A DNA stretch of 64,000 nt from an uncultured bacterium (GCA_963716985.1 OY970323.1:1088001-1152000); one strand, 5' to 3'; positions 1 through 10,091 are shown, counted from the first letter of the stretch. Made by a program: numbers and translations. The notes: generated from the letters alone by a model not told the origin.

Positions 1-320
1 TTCGCGGTATATTTGTCTATGACCTCGACGCGGCCGCCGAGAGCGGAAATTTCAAATTGACAGGGACTTGTCAATAGTGTTTGCAATTCCGTGTCCTGGA
101 GATATTTGCCTGTATTTTTGAGTGTGAAAACCACATCGTTCATAAAAGAGCGTAAGTTCTCTCTGGGCACAGAGTATTGATCGACGATGCGGATCGGCAT
201 GCCATCTTCATCGACCGGTCTTACTTTAAGATCAAGCCATCGGCTGCCGGACCAGAAACGGCCGCAGGAGGCCACAGATTCTAGCTGAAAACTACCCATT
301 GAAGAAGCTGCTCCGGTCAT
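1..320 (-). CDS. Hypothetical protein, 5' part only (runs off the window start)
   Basis: AGGA RBS then ATG at 320; open frame MTGAASSMGSFQLESVASCGRFWSG... with no stop to position 1; not in ORF track. Confidence 0.6.
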   Translation of the reverse strand, partial: MTGAASSMGSFQLESVASCGRFWSGSRWLDLKVRPVDEDGMPIRIVDQYSVPRENLRSFMNDVVFTLKNTGKYLQDTELQTLLTSPCQFEISALGGRVEVIDKYTA

Positions 321-712
321 AATAATTCCTTTTTTGTTAGATTATTTAATATAATAGCATGATTGTAATTTAATGTAAATCTTTTGTAATAATAGGCTTG
401 TGTCAAATATTTTTTATAATTAGTAAATTTTTTATTATTATGTCAGTTTGCATGTCTTTAGCCGCGTGCGACTTGGAGAATTATCTTGACTTTTTTGGAT
501 TCTGCTATCAATTTGTTAAGTCTATGATAGTGAATGTATTGTGGTTTTGTAAGAAATTTTTTGACTCTATAATATATGTTTTTCAATTAGATGTATTTTG
601 CTAATAAAAATCTTTAACTAGCTGTATACAAATATTTATTATTATGCTATCATATAAGCATAAAAATATAACATTAAGGTGTAAAGAAAGGAACGAGAGG
701 AAGGAGGCGTCT

Positions 713-2155
713 ATGACTACTATTATAGAAATTACTGAAACCACCCCATTACTACCTGCTGCTTCGGGCGCTCCTGTGGTGAAAAACCCTGACCAAGGAA
801 CGTTACCGCAGCGAATCAGTGATCGCGTTTGTGCAATTTTCAAATTTCTTTTAACTCCATTCTTCACGGCAAATTCTCCCTATTCAAAAACCTACCAGGC
901 TTGTCCTTCGCCCTCATCCCTCACACTTACTGAAAAGCAGAAGACCCGCCAGTTAGATCTCATTCGTGAGATGCTGCATCCGGATCAGCCCCCGACGCCT
1001 CTACAGACGATAGGTCAGGTAGTCAAGGACATTTTTGTAAATATTTTCGCCTTTTTTGGCGGCGATGCCATGTGCGGGGTCCGTCGATTTTTTAACGTGG
1101 CCCCCCCTGCAGTTATGGCGGCGGCTGATGCAGCAAAAACAGCAGATGCACTGGCAGCCGGAGCCATTGGAGCTTCTTTGGTTCAGGGCGGTGTCCAGAT
1201 AGCGCTTGGAGTCCAACAGACAGTGGAGGCGTGCCACAAAGATAATGAAGGGGTTGATTTTGGATTAAATCTCATTGTCCAGGGAATCTTTAACATTGTG
1301 GCAGGCGTTCTTTGGGCGGTCGTCTATTGGAGTGCAGTCTTTGCTGCGACTACAGCGGGCATTCTCATAGGGACTGTTGCATGTCCTCTTCTTTTTGCAG
1401 CTTCTTGCTTGTTTAACCTTGTATTGGCAGTGAAAAAACTGATCAACCTTATCGAGTTTAATAAAGAGTTTAGGAAGTGTTTTACGAAGACCGCAAGCGG
1501 AGAGGAAGTCGTCGACGAAGGAAAGCTGCAAGCATTTATTCAAAAATGCCTTTTAATCACTGAAGGAGATGAGAAAAAAATCGATGATGAAGCCAAAGTG
1601 TATTGCAAAAAGATGATTCTCAAAAATCACCCTGAAGTGGTAGTAAGCAAGAGCGGTCCTGTATTTACAGAGGAATTTACCCAAGTACGATTCGACGATG
1701 AAGTTCAGAAAATGCTTGGCCGAGTTAAGGAAGCTTTGAGAAAAACGACATTAGAAACAAAAAAAGCCTACCTTGAGAGAAGGCTTAATTCGGAATGCTA
1801 TGAGAAAATGCATCAATACTTGGCGGGAACTGCGACATTCAAGGCAGAACAGCTAGCCCGAAAGATCACAAATACCATCTGGTGGAACAGGTTCTTTACG
1901 GTAGTGAAGATTGTCATCTTGGTCGCAGGCATCGCCGCATTGATCGCTCTGACGATTTGCCCTGCTGGCCATCTTGCGATTTTCCTTGTCCTGTTCATCA
2001 CTCTTCTTTGTTGGGTAATTCTGGATCTTCGCGGCTGCGCTCTGTGGCCAAAGATCCGACGCCATCTTTTTGGAGATGAGACGGAAGATGAAGAGCCAAG
2101 TCGGAAACAAAAGAAAGTGACTCAAGGGCCTGCAATCCCGCGCACCTGCTCTTGA
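713..2155 (+). CDS. Putative inclusion-membrane (Inc-like) protein with long bilobed hydrophobic segments
   Basis: AAGGAGG RBS before ATG 713; T/P-rich N-terminus; two ~45-55 aa hydrophobic hairpins; paralog of 8622..10091 (KKAYLERRLNSECYE, LDLRGCALWPKIRRHLFGD). Confidence 0.65.
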   Translation: MTTIIEITETTPLLPAASGAPVVKNPDQGTLPQRISDRVCAIFKFLLTPFFTANSPYSKTYQACPSPSSLTLTEKQKTRQLDLIREMLHPDQPPTPLQTIGQVVKDIFVNIFAFFGGDAMCGVRRFFNVAPPAVMAAADAAKTADALAAGAIGASLVQGGVQIALGVQQTVEACHKDNEGVDFGLNLIVQGIFNIVAGVLWAVVYWSAVFAATTAGILIGTVACPLLFAASCLFNLVLAVKKLINLIEFNKEFRKCFTKTASGEEVVDEGKLQAFIQKCLLITEGDEKKIDDEAKVYCKKMILKNHPEVVVSKSGPVFTEEFTQVRFDDEVQKMLGRVKEALRKTTLETKKAYLERRLNSECYEKMHQYLAGTATFKAEQLARKITNTIWWNRFFTVVKIVILVAGIAALIALTICPAGHLAIFLVLFITLLCWVILDLRGCALWPKIRRHLFGDETEDEEPSRKQKKVTQGPAIPRTCS

Positions 2156-2198
2156 GCGTCCAACTCTTCAAAGCGCTCTTAACGAAGTTCTTGGCAAA

Positions 2199-3839
2199 TT
2201 ACCGGAATTTCGAAACGATATGTGAGAAAAGAGAGGGCCGTCTGCTTGCGAAATAAGGGGTGATGCGCCAGGACCTATTCATAGCTGTTTGAGGAAATCT
2301 TCGAGTAAGAGAGTCGAGTTGGGAATTGCTAAATTGTGAAGACCAAACTGTCTGAAACCAAGGAAAAGGACGTGTGCGGTTGATGGGCGGATAGACATCA
2401 ATCGATTCTAGATGTGGGCATTTTTTCGAGATGATTTCTAATAAGTCATCTAATCGGGCTTTGTCCTGGGTCAGTGGGGGATGTATGCTTAAATGCCTCA
2501 GTCTGTGCAGGGATTCAAAGTTTGAAAAAATTCGCGAAAGCCCCTCATGGGTAAGTGGAGTTCTCCAGGAAAAGAGTTTCAAAGATGTTAGATGCGGACA
2601 TTTTCTTATGATGAGCTCTAATAGTTCGTCATCTGTGTCTAGTGGGTATAAACTCAGTTTTTCCAGATGGGGTAATGAGTCATAACTAGAAAGAATAGCT
2701 CTCACTTTAGTAGGCGTGAAATTAGATTCGGAGCTAGCGAGGTTCAGTCGTTTTAGGCTCGGAAATCTTCTGAGAACCCATCCTAAAAAAGCATCATTGA
2801 AGTTATTGATATGGAGAGAGTCTAAAAATAAGCTTTCTAGCCTTTCCGGGTATTTGAAGCCTGAAAAAATATCTTCGAGTTGTTCATGAGTGAGCTGGTC
2901 GTCATTGAGGCGTATTCCTAGAGATTTTAGATTGGGGTAATTTGCGATAATGAGCTTCAATAGGGGATAGTCAAAAATAACTTGGTCGCTGCCCATTTCC
3001 AAATGTTCGAGTTTGCTCAAGGTAGAAAAAACCTGTGTCAGCCCATGATAGGTAAATCCGGTAGAAGTGCAGTTTAGTGATTTCAGGTTAGGGCAGCTTT
3101 TGGCTATTATCTCCCATAGAGCATCGTTCACGACCGCGAATGTGTAACTTAAGTCCAAATGTTCCAATTTTTGAACCCATTCGGCATTTGAAAAAATGAA
3201 AGAGAGTCCTTCGCTGGTAAGGTCACTGCACAATTTGATGGTTAACGATTTGAGCTTTGGGCAAACTCTGAAGATGCGGTCTAATAGGGCGTCATCCAGA
3301 GGGAGGGTGTATAAATCCAGGTGCTCTAGATTGCAAAACGATTCTTTATTTGAAAAAATGCGCACAAGTCCAGCGTAGGTGAGATTAGAACATCTGCCAA
3401 GATTTAACGCAGTTGGGGCGCAATGTTGAAGAATCTGTGCGCATTCATCGTCATTTACATCTGTGTGGTATAAATCTAGATTTTTAATAGGTGGATAGAC
3501 GGGAGGGGAGGTTTTTGGGTCTAAAACGGCCCTTGCGTCTTGCCATTGAAGATATTCAGGAGCTCTTGTCCTGTGCCCATCGGTTGCCATTCGCTCTCTC
3601 ATTACTGTGGTGATGATCCCGGTGTTGATCTCGGAGCTGATAGCCGTTGCTGATGGGGCTGCGGCCGGTCCTATGACCTTTCCCGTCATGATTTGATGGA
3701 TGGCCTTGCAGGTTTTTGCAAGTGCGACCTGGTCCGTTAAGGGTAGATATTCCGCGATGTTTGGCATGATCCCGCGATTTGTAAAAACCTCTAGAGAAAG
3801 ATCAGGAGGCAAACTCGTGCGTGTTGTGGATGTGGACAT
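2199..3839 (-). CDS. F-box-like / cysteine-containing LRR protein, copy 1
   Basis: LPPDLSLEVF...IAEYLPLTDQVALAKTCKAIHQI resembles an F-box; ~14 LxxLxL repeats, many ending CPx. Confidence 0.8.
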   Translation of the reverse strand: MSTSTTRTSLPPDLSLEVFTNRGIMPNIAEYLPLTDQVALAKTCKAIHQIMTGKVIGPAAAPSATAISSEINTGIITTVMRERMATDGHRTRAPEYLQWQDARAVLDPKTSPPVYPPIKNLDLYHTDVNDDECAQILQHCAPTALNLGRCSNLTYAGLVRIFSNKESFCNLEHLDLYTLPLDDALLDRIFRVCPKLKSLTIKLCSDLTSEGLSFIFSNAEWVQKLEHLDLSYTFAVVNDALWEIIAKSCPNLKSLNCTSTGFTYHGLTQVFSTLSKLEHLEMGSDQVIFDYPLLKLIIANYPNLKSLGIRLNDDQLTHEQLEDIFSGFKYPERLESLFLDSLHINNFNDAFLGWVLRRFPSLKRLNLASSESNFTPTKVRAILSSYDSLPHLEKLSLYPLDTDDELLELIIRKCPHLTSLKLFSWRTPLTHEGLSRIFSNFESLHRLRHLSIHPPLTQDKARLDDLLEIISKKCPHLESIDVYPPINRTRPFPWFQTVWSSQFSNSQLDSLTRRFPQTAMNRSWRITPYFASRRPSLFSHIVSKFR

Positions 3840-6124
3840 AATAGTTCCTTAAATTTTGATTCAATTAATAAAGATATTTTATAAGAAAGCAAACTAGAAT
3901 TCAAGGCAATTATTGTGGTTTTTGATGAAGTTTGTTTTTAGATGTTTGTTGATATTCTGAGCGATAATGAGAATTTTATTTGCATTGGAGGATCGAGATT
4001 ACATGTTCAAAAAACCGTTCATTCTTTTCATCGCCTTGCATCCGAGCTCCTCTTTTTTTGCTACAAGCACAATCGATAGCTCTTTCTTCTTGCGTTTGGT
4101 CGATGCGCGGATCTGAAAAAAGAGCCGCTTTTTGTGAAGTTCAAGCTCATTACCAGAATTTCGAAATGATACGCGAGAAAAGAGAGGGCTGAGGGGGAGG
4201 GTGCCGTCTGCTTGCGAAATAACGTTTGGTGGTCCAGTAACAATTCACCGCTGTTTGAGGAAGAAGTCTTCGGGCAAGAGAGTCGAGTTGGGAATTGCTA
4301 AATTGTGGAGACAAAACTGGCCGAAACCAAGGAAAAGGACGTATGCGTTTGAGGAGCGGACAGATATCAATCGATTCTAGATGTGGGCATTTTTTCGAGA
4401 TGGCTTCTAATAACCCACCTAATCGAGCATCATCCACGCTCAATTGACTCAATTGAGAAGGTAAACATAAATGCTTCAGTTTGTGGAGGGATTCAAAGCT
4501 TGAAAAAATTTGCGAAAGTCCCTCATATGTAAGAAGGGTTCTCGTAGGGAGTCTCAAAGATGTTAGATTCGGGCATTTTCTTATGATGAGCTCTAATAGT
4601 TCGTCATCTATGTCTAGTGGGCATGAACTGAGTTCTTCCAGATGGGGTAGTGAGCCATAACTAGAAAGAATACCTCTCACTCCAGTAGGCGTGAAATTAG
4701 ATTCGGAGCTAGAGAGGCTCAGTCGTTTTAGACTCGGGAAGTTTCTGAGGGCCCATGCTAAAAAAGCATCATTTAAGTTATCGGAATGGAGAAAGTCTAA
4801 GTTTAAGCTTTCTAGCTTTTCCGGGTGTTTGAAGCTTGAAAAAACATCTTCGAGTTGGTCATGAGTGAGCTGGTCGTTATAGAGGCTTATTCCTAGAGAT
4901 TTTAGATTGGGGCAATTGTTGATAATGAGCTTCAATAGGGGATAGTCAAAAATAACTTGTCTGCTGCCAATTTCCAAATGTTCCCATTTGCACGGCGTAG
5001 AAAAAGCCTGTGTCAACCCATGATAGGTAAGTCCGGCACTATCGCAGTTTAATGATTTCAGGTTAGGGCAGCTTTTGGCTATTATCTCCAATAGATCATC
5101 GTTCGAGAATGCGGATGTGCAACTTAAGTCCAAATGTTCCAATTTTTGAACCCATTCGGCATTTGAAAAAATGAAAGAGAGTCCTTCACTAGTAAGATTA
5201 GTGCACCATCTGAGGTTTAACGATTTGAGCTTTGGACAAACTCTGAAGATTTGGCTTAATAGGGGTTCATCCAGGAAGTTGAGGGTTAAATCCAGGTGCT
5301 CTAGATTGCAAAACGATTCTTCATTTGAAAAAATGCGAGAGAGACCAGTGTCGGTGAGATGCACGCATCGGGCAAGATTTAACGCAGTTGGGGAGCAATG
5401 TTGAAGAATCTGTGCGCATTCATCGTCATTTACATCTGTGTGGGACAAATCTAGATTCTTAATGGGTGGATAGACGGGAGGGGAGGTTTTTGGGTCTAAA
5501 ACGGCCCTTCCGTCTTGCCATTGAAGATATTCAGGAGCTCTTGTCCTGTGCCCATCGGTTGCCATTTGCTCTCTCATTTGCGTGGTGATGATTCCGGTGT
5601 TGATCTCGGGGCTGATAGCCGTTGCTGATGGGGCTGCGGCCGGTCCTATGACCTTTCCCGTCATGATTTGATGGATGGCCTTGCAGGTTTTTGCAAGTGC
5701 GACCTGGTCGGTTAAGGGTAGATATTCCGCGATGTTTGTCATGGTCCCGCGATTTGTAAAAACCTCTAGAGAAAGATCAGGAGGCAAACTCGTGCGTGTT
5801 GTGGATGTGGACATAATAGTTCCTTAAATTTTGATTCAATTAATAAAGATATTTTATAAGAAAACAAACTAGAATTCAAGGCAATTATTGTGGTTTTTGA
5901 TGAAGTTTGTTTTTAGATGTTTGTTGATATTCTGAGCGATAATAAGAATTTTATTTGCATTGGAGGATCGAGATTACATGTTCAAAAAACCGTTCATTCT
6001 TTTCATCGCCTTGCATCCGAGCTCCTCTTTTTTTGCTACAAGCACAATCGATAGCTCTTTCTTCTCGCATTTGGTCGATGCGCGGATCTGAAAAAAGAGC
6101 CGCTTTTTGTGAAGTTCAAGCTCA
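3840..6124. repeat. Tandem duplication with 1975-bp period; intergenic 3840-4149 repeated at 5815-6124
   Basis: Manual alignment: 4 substitutions in 310 bp. Confidence 0.95.
4150..5814 (-). CDS. F-box-like / LRR protein, copy 2
   Basis: N-terminus nearly identical to copy 1; same LRR array. Confidence 0.8.
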   Translation of the reverse strand: MSTSTTRTSLPPDLSLEVFTNRGTMTNIAEYLPLTDQVALAKTCKAIHQIMTGKVIGPAAAPSATAISPEINTGIITTQMREQMATDGHRTRAPEYLQWQDGRAVLDPKTSPPVYPPIKNLDLSHTDVNDDECAQILQHCSPTALNLARCVHLTDTGLSRIFSNEESFCNLEHLDLTLNFLDEPLLSQIFRVCPKLKSLNLRWCTNLTSEGLSFIFSNAEWVQKLEHLDLSCTSAFSNDDLLEIIAKSCPNLKSLNCDSAGLTYHGLTQAFSTPCKWEHLEIGSRQVIFDYPLLKLIINNCPNLKSLGISLYNDQLTHDQLEDVFSSFKHPEKLESLNLDFLHSDNLNDAFLAWALRNFPSLKRLSLSSSESNFTPTGVRGILSSYGSLPHLEELSSCPLDIDDELLELIIRKCPNLTSLRLPTRTLLTYEGLSQIFSSFESLHKLKHLCLPSQLSQLSVDDARLGGLLEAISKKCPHLESIDICPLLKRIRPFPWFRPVLSPQFSNSQLDSLARRLLPQTAVNCYWTTKRYFASRRHPPPQPSLFSRIISKFW

Positions 6125-7798
6125 TTACCAGAATTTCGAAATGATACGCGAGAAAAGAGAGGGCTGAGGAGGCTGCTGAGGGGGAGGGTGCCGTCTGCTT
6201 ACGAAATATGGCTGGCCGTCTTCCCGGCAAGAGGAGTTCACAACTACTTGAGGAAATCTTCGAGTAAGCAAGCCGAGGCGGGAATCGGTAGGTTGTTGAG
6301 AGAGAACTGACCAAAGCCAAGGAAAAGAACGTGTGTCTTTGAAAGTCGGACAGATATCAATCGATTGTAACTTGGGGCAATTTTTCGAGATGATTTCTAA
6401 TAAGGCATCTAATCGAGCGTCATCCATGCTCAATTGAGAAGGCAACCTAAAATGTTCCAGTTTGCGCAGCGATTCAAAACTTGAAAAAATGCGCGAAAGT
6501 CCCTCATAGGTAAGATGATCTTTCCAAGAGAATCCCAAAGATGTTAGATGCGGACATTTTTTTATGATGAGCTCAAATAGGCCATCATCGATCTCAAGGT
6601 GCGGTAAACTGAGCTTTTCCAGATTGGGTAGTGAGTCATAACTAGAAAAAATATCTCTCACCCCGTCAGTGGTGAAATGTGATGTTCGAGAATAGAGGCG
6701 CAGTCGTTTTAGTCCCGGGAAGTTTCTGAGGACCAATCTTAAAAAGGCATCATCTTCTAAGCTGAGAGAATCGGGAAAATTTATTTTTAAGCTTTCCAGC
6801 TTTTTTGGAGATTGGAAGCTTGAAAAAATATCTACGAGATTGTCATGAGTGAGAAGATGGGCATTTATGGCGAATATTTCTAGCGATTTTAGATTAGGGC
6901 AATTTTCGAACATGGGTTTCAATAGGGGTTGATCAAAAGCAAATTGCTCGCTGCCAATTGCCAAATGTTCCCATTTACACGGGGTAGAAAAAACCCGTGT
7001 CAATCCTTGATAGGTAAATCCGGCGTAAACGCAGTTTAATGATTTCAGGTTCGGACAGTTTTTGGCTATTATCCCCCATAGAGCGTCGTTCGAGAATGCG
7101 GATGTATGGCCTACATCCAAATGTTCCAAATTTTGAACCCATTCGGCATTTGAAAAAATGCGAGAGAGTCCTTCATTGGTGAGGCCTCTACAATATTTGA
7201 GGTTTAACGATTTGAGCCTCGGACAAACGCTGAAGATTTGGCCTAATAGGGCGTCATCCAGATGGGTGCCTGATAAATCCAAGCGCTCGAGATTGCAAAA
7301 TGATTCTTTATTTGAAAAAATGCGCACAAGGCCATCGTGGGTGAGATCATAACATTTGCTAAGATTTAACGCAGTTGGGGAGCAATGTTGAAGGATCTGT
7401 GCGCACTCCTCGTCATTTACATCTGTGTGGGTCAAATCTAGATTTTTAATGGGTGGATAGACCGGAGGGGAGGTGCTGGGGTCCAAAACTGCCCTTGCGC
7501 CTTGCCATTGAAGATATTCGGGAGCTGTTGTTCTGTGCCCATCGGCTGCCATTTGCTCTCTCATTAGGGTGGTGATGATTCCGGTGTTGATCTCGGGGCC
7601 GGTAGCCGTTGCCGATGGGGTTGGAGCCTGCCCTATGACCTTTCCCGTCATGATTTGATGGATGGCCTTGCGGGTTCTTGCAAGTGCAGCCTGGGCGGCT
7701 GCGGGGAGGTGTTCTGCGATGCATGACATGGCCCCTTGATTGGTAAAAACCTCTAGAGAAAGGTCTGAGGGTAACCTGCATGTTGTGGATGTGGACAT
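6125..7798 (-). CDS. F-box-like / LRR protein, copy 3 (more diverged F-box)
   Basis: Same architecture; F-box Cys replaced (ALARTRKAI). Confidence 0.8.
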   Translation of the reverse strand: MSTSTTCRLPSDLSLEVFTNQGAMSCIAEHLPAAAQAALARTRKAIHQIMTGKVIGQAPTPSATATGPEINTGIITTLMREQMAADGHRTTAPEYLQWQGARAVLDPSTSPPVYPPIKNLDLTHTDVNDEECAQILQHCSPTALNLSKCYDLTHDGLVRIFSNKESFCNLERLDLSGTHLDDALLGQIFSVCPRLKSLNLKYCRGLTNEGLSRIFSNAEWVQNLEHLDVGHTSAFSNDALWGIIAKNCPNLKSLNCVYAGFTYQGLTRVFSTPCKWEHLAIGSEQFAFDQPLLKPMFENCPNLKSLEIFAINAHLLTHDNLVDIFSSFQSPKKLESLKINFPDSLSLEDDAFLRLVLRNFPGLKRLRLYSRTSHFTTDGVRDIFSSYDSLPNLEKLSLPHLEIDDGLFELIIKKCPHLTSLGFSWKDHLTYEGLSRIFSSFESLRKLEHFRLPSQLSMDDARLDALLEIISKNCPKLQSIDICPTFKDTRSFPWLWSVLSQQPTDSRLGLLTRRFPQVVVNSSCREDGQPYFVSRRHPPPQQPPQPSLFSRIISKFW

Positions 7799-8206
7799 AA
7801 AAACTCCTTTAGTTTTTAATTAATTATTAATATTATATCAAAAAACAAATTAAATTGAAAGTATAATTATAAAAATTGTTATAAAAATTATAAAAAATTA
7901 ATTATATTGTTAACGGTTTTTAAATGTCTTCATTGATATCTGTAAAGCATTAAGCCTAAGTGGGGTGGTGCATAAGAAAGCGTATGTCAATGAGGGACAA
8001 GGATTTGTCTCGATATTAGGAACTGCATCAGATTCATGAGAAACGGCAAGCAAGTGTTCAAGCGGCTCAGAATTTGAGGCTTGAGCACAAGATGGGTCAT
8101 GCGGCTGTCGAAAAGGTTCGGGATAAGGGTCTTGAGGGCCCATATCCCGAAAAGCCGGAATAGGGGGTGGTCACCGATTGCTAACGGGATTAAAAGAATG
8201 GTTCAT

Positions 8207-8396
8207 CCTAAAAACGGCAGTTGAACCGCTCCGCACAACCAAAAATTTTGTGAATCTCCTCTAAAAATCAGTGTTATTGCTCAAATTTATCCGGTCACCC
8301 ATTGGGTGATCGTGAAAGTAAAAGATAAAATTGATTCCTGAAAGGGAAATTTACAGTTTTTAGGCCATGCGGAGCGGTTCAACTGCCGTTTTTAGG
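8207..8396. mobile_element. MITE, 190 bp, perfect 29-bp terminal inverted repeats, 5-bp target duplication
   Basis: CCTAAAAACGGCAGTTGAACCGCTCCGCA (8207-8235) and exact reverse complement (8368-8396); TTCAT at 8202-8206 and 8397-8401. Confidence 0.85.
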
Positions 8397-8621
8397 TTCA
8401 TCCGGTTAATGAGGCCCTTTGCTTATGAAGATGGTGAAAATGGTAGTTTGAAAGATTCTATTTCCCTGGTGATTCGGCTGAAAACAAGGTTGTTTTGAGA
8501 AAACCTTCATGTAATTTCAAATTTAATTCATTATGTATTAATTTTATTATAATTTACTTTTTTTTATTTCGGTGTTATAATCCTGGTGAATAAATAAAGC
8601 TAAATTAAATGAGAGGGTTCG

Positions 8622-10091
8622 ATGAGCCTAGCGATTAGTTCCACCACCTATGTGTACCCAAGACCTTCTGCCCGTAATGAAGGGTGGTTGCAAAAGCTCG
8701 GAGGCGTCTGCGCCAGAGTGGGCGATGCTGCAGCCTCCTTTTTCTTTCCGGGAGGCGAGCGCGGGATTGCAAATCGTGCTTGTTCCGAACATATAGAAGC
8801 CGAGATCAGCGCCATTCAAAATGGACGAAAAACCGGGGCATCCTTAGGAGCGTGGATCTATGATTTTTTTGCCAATATCGTTGCGAACTTCTCCTGCGAC
8901 TCTGCTTGCACTAGCCGTCAGCTTTTTAGGGTTCTTTCGGCCTGTTTGCTTGTACCCGCTGAGATGGCAAAGGAGTTTGTTTCTAAAGCAGAATATACCG
9001 CCGCACCTTTGTGTATTGTCCAGGGATTGGCAGCGTTTTTGATTGGCGGAAAAGTGTTTGTCGATGAGCGAAAGATCGGAGATGGGGAAGGAAAGGTTCA
9101 GACCGGAATCAACCTTCTTTTGCAAGGAGTGTTTGGTACGGCGGCAGGCAGTATTTGGACGGCATCCATCCCCTATGGCGCAACGGCAATAGGTCAGATG
9201 CTGAACACTGCCGTTTGTCCTCTATTTGCAGTCGGCTCTTTTGTGAACCTAGTTTTTACATCGCTAAGACTTCACCAGGTGCGCATGTTCGAAAAGGAAT
9301 TTGTAAGTTGCCTTCAGGAAGAGAAGGGACGTCCCATGAATGCTTCTCTAAAGGCAAAAAGCCGCGCGAATGTTCTGGATTTATTGGATCGCTCTCTTCG
9401 CCTCTCTTTAGAAGAGAGAAAAGAGATGATTGCAGTGGCCAGAGAAAATAAAAAAAAGATCGAAGCCGAGGTGCGAAAGAAAAACCCTACCTGGAGCGGC
9501 TGGCGCATTCGATCGGAAGCTGCTACGTTATATAAGCTGGACCTTAAAGCCCGCATGCAGAATGCCCTAAAAGTGAAAAAAGCCTATTTTGAGCGAAGGG
9601 TCAATAGCGAATGCTATGAGGTCGTCACCGAAAACCTGGATGCTTGGAAGAGCGGAAGAAAGGGCAGTGTTACTATGGAACAAGCAGTCAAAAAGATCCA
9701 ACAGACGATTTTTTGCAACAAGGTGATTTTAGGAGTTAAGATTGCGATCTTGATTTTAGGCATTGCGGCGCTCATTGCCTTTACCATTCTCCCCATAGGA
9801 AACCTTGCGATTTTTGCCGTCTTCCTGGCCACCGGCATCATCTGGATGGCGCTCGATCTTCGCGGATCTGCTTACTGGCCCAAGATCCGACGTTTGCTTT
9901 TTGGCGATGTGACGGACGCGGCAAAGAAAGCGCTTGGCTCTACACATGCGCCCTTATTTCGAAACATCGGGGCAAGGCTCCGACTCTGGCGTTATGGCGA
10001 TGCGGCAGATGAGACGAGAAAACGCATTGAGGAAAGAAGACGCACCTTGATACGGCAGCGTCAATTTATTCGAGCCGGCGGCTGGTGTTAA
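8622..10091 (+). CDS. Putative Inc-like membrane protein, paralog of 713..2155
   Basis: KKAYFERRVNSECYE; LDLRGSAYWPKIRRLLFGD; bilobed hydrophobic segments; MSLAISST N-terminus. Confidence 0.65.
   Translation: MSLAISSTTYVYPRPSARNEGWLQKLGGVCARVGDAAASFFFPGGERGIANRACSEHIEAEISAIQNGRKTGASLGAWIYDFFANIVANFSCDSACTSRQLFRVLSACLLVPAEMAKEFVSKAEYTAAPLCIVQGLAAFLIGGKVFVDERKIGDGEGKVQTGINLLLQGVFGTAAGSIWTASIPYGATAIGQMLNTAVCPLFAVGSFVNLVFTSLRLHQVRMFEKEFVSCLQEEKGRPMNASLKAKSRANVLDLLDRSLRLSLEERKEMIAVARENKKKIEAEVRKKNPTWSGWRIRSEAATLYKLDLKARMQNALKVKKAYFERRVNSECYEVVTENLDAWKSGRKGSVTMEQAVKKIQQTIFCNKVILGVKIAILILGIAALIAFTILPIGNLAIFAVFLATGIIWMALDLRGSAYWPKIRRLLFGDVTDAAKKALGSTHAPLFRNIGARLRLWRYGDAADETRKRIEERRRTLIRQRQFIRAGGWC

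Noticed and set aside
3980..6320. Duplicated small ORFs 3980..4192 and 5955..6167 and their antisense ORFs
   Set aside because: TTG starts, overlap with LRR gene ends, and conserved only because the DNA is duplicated.
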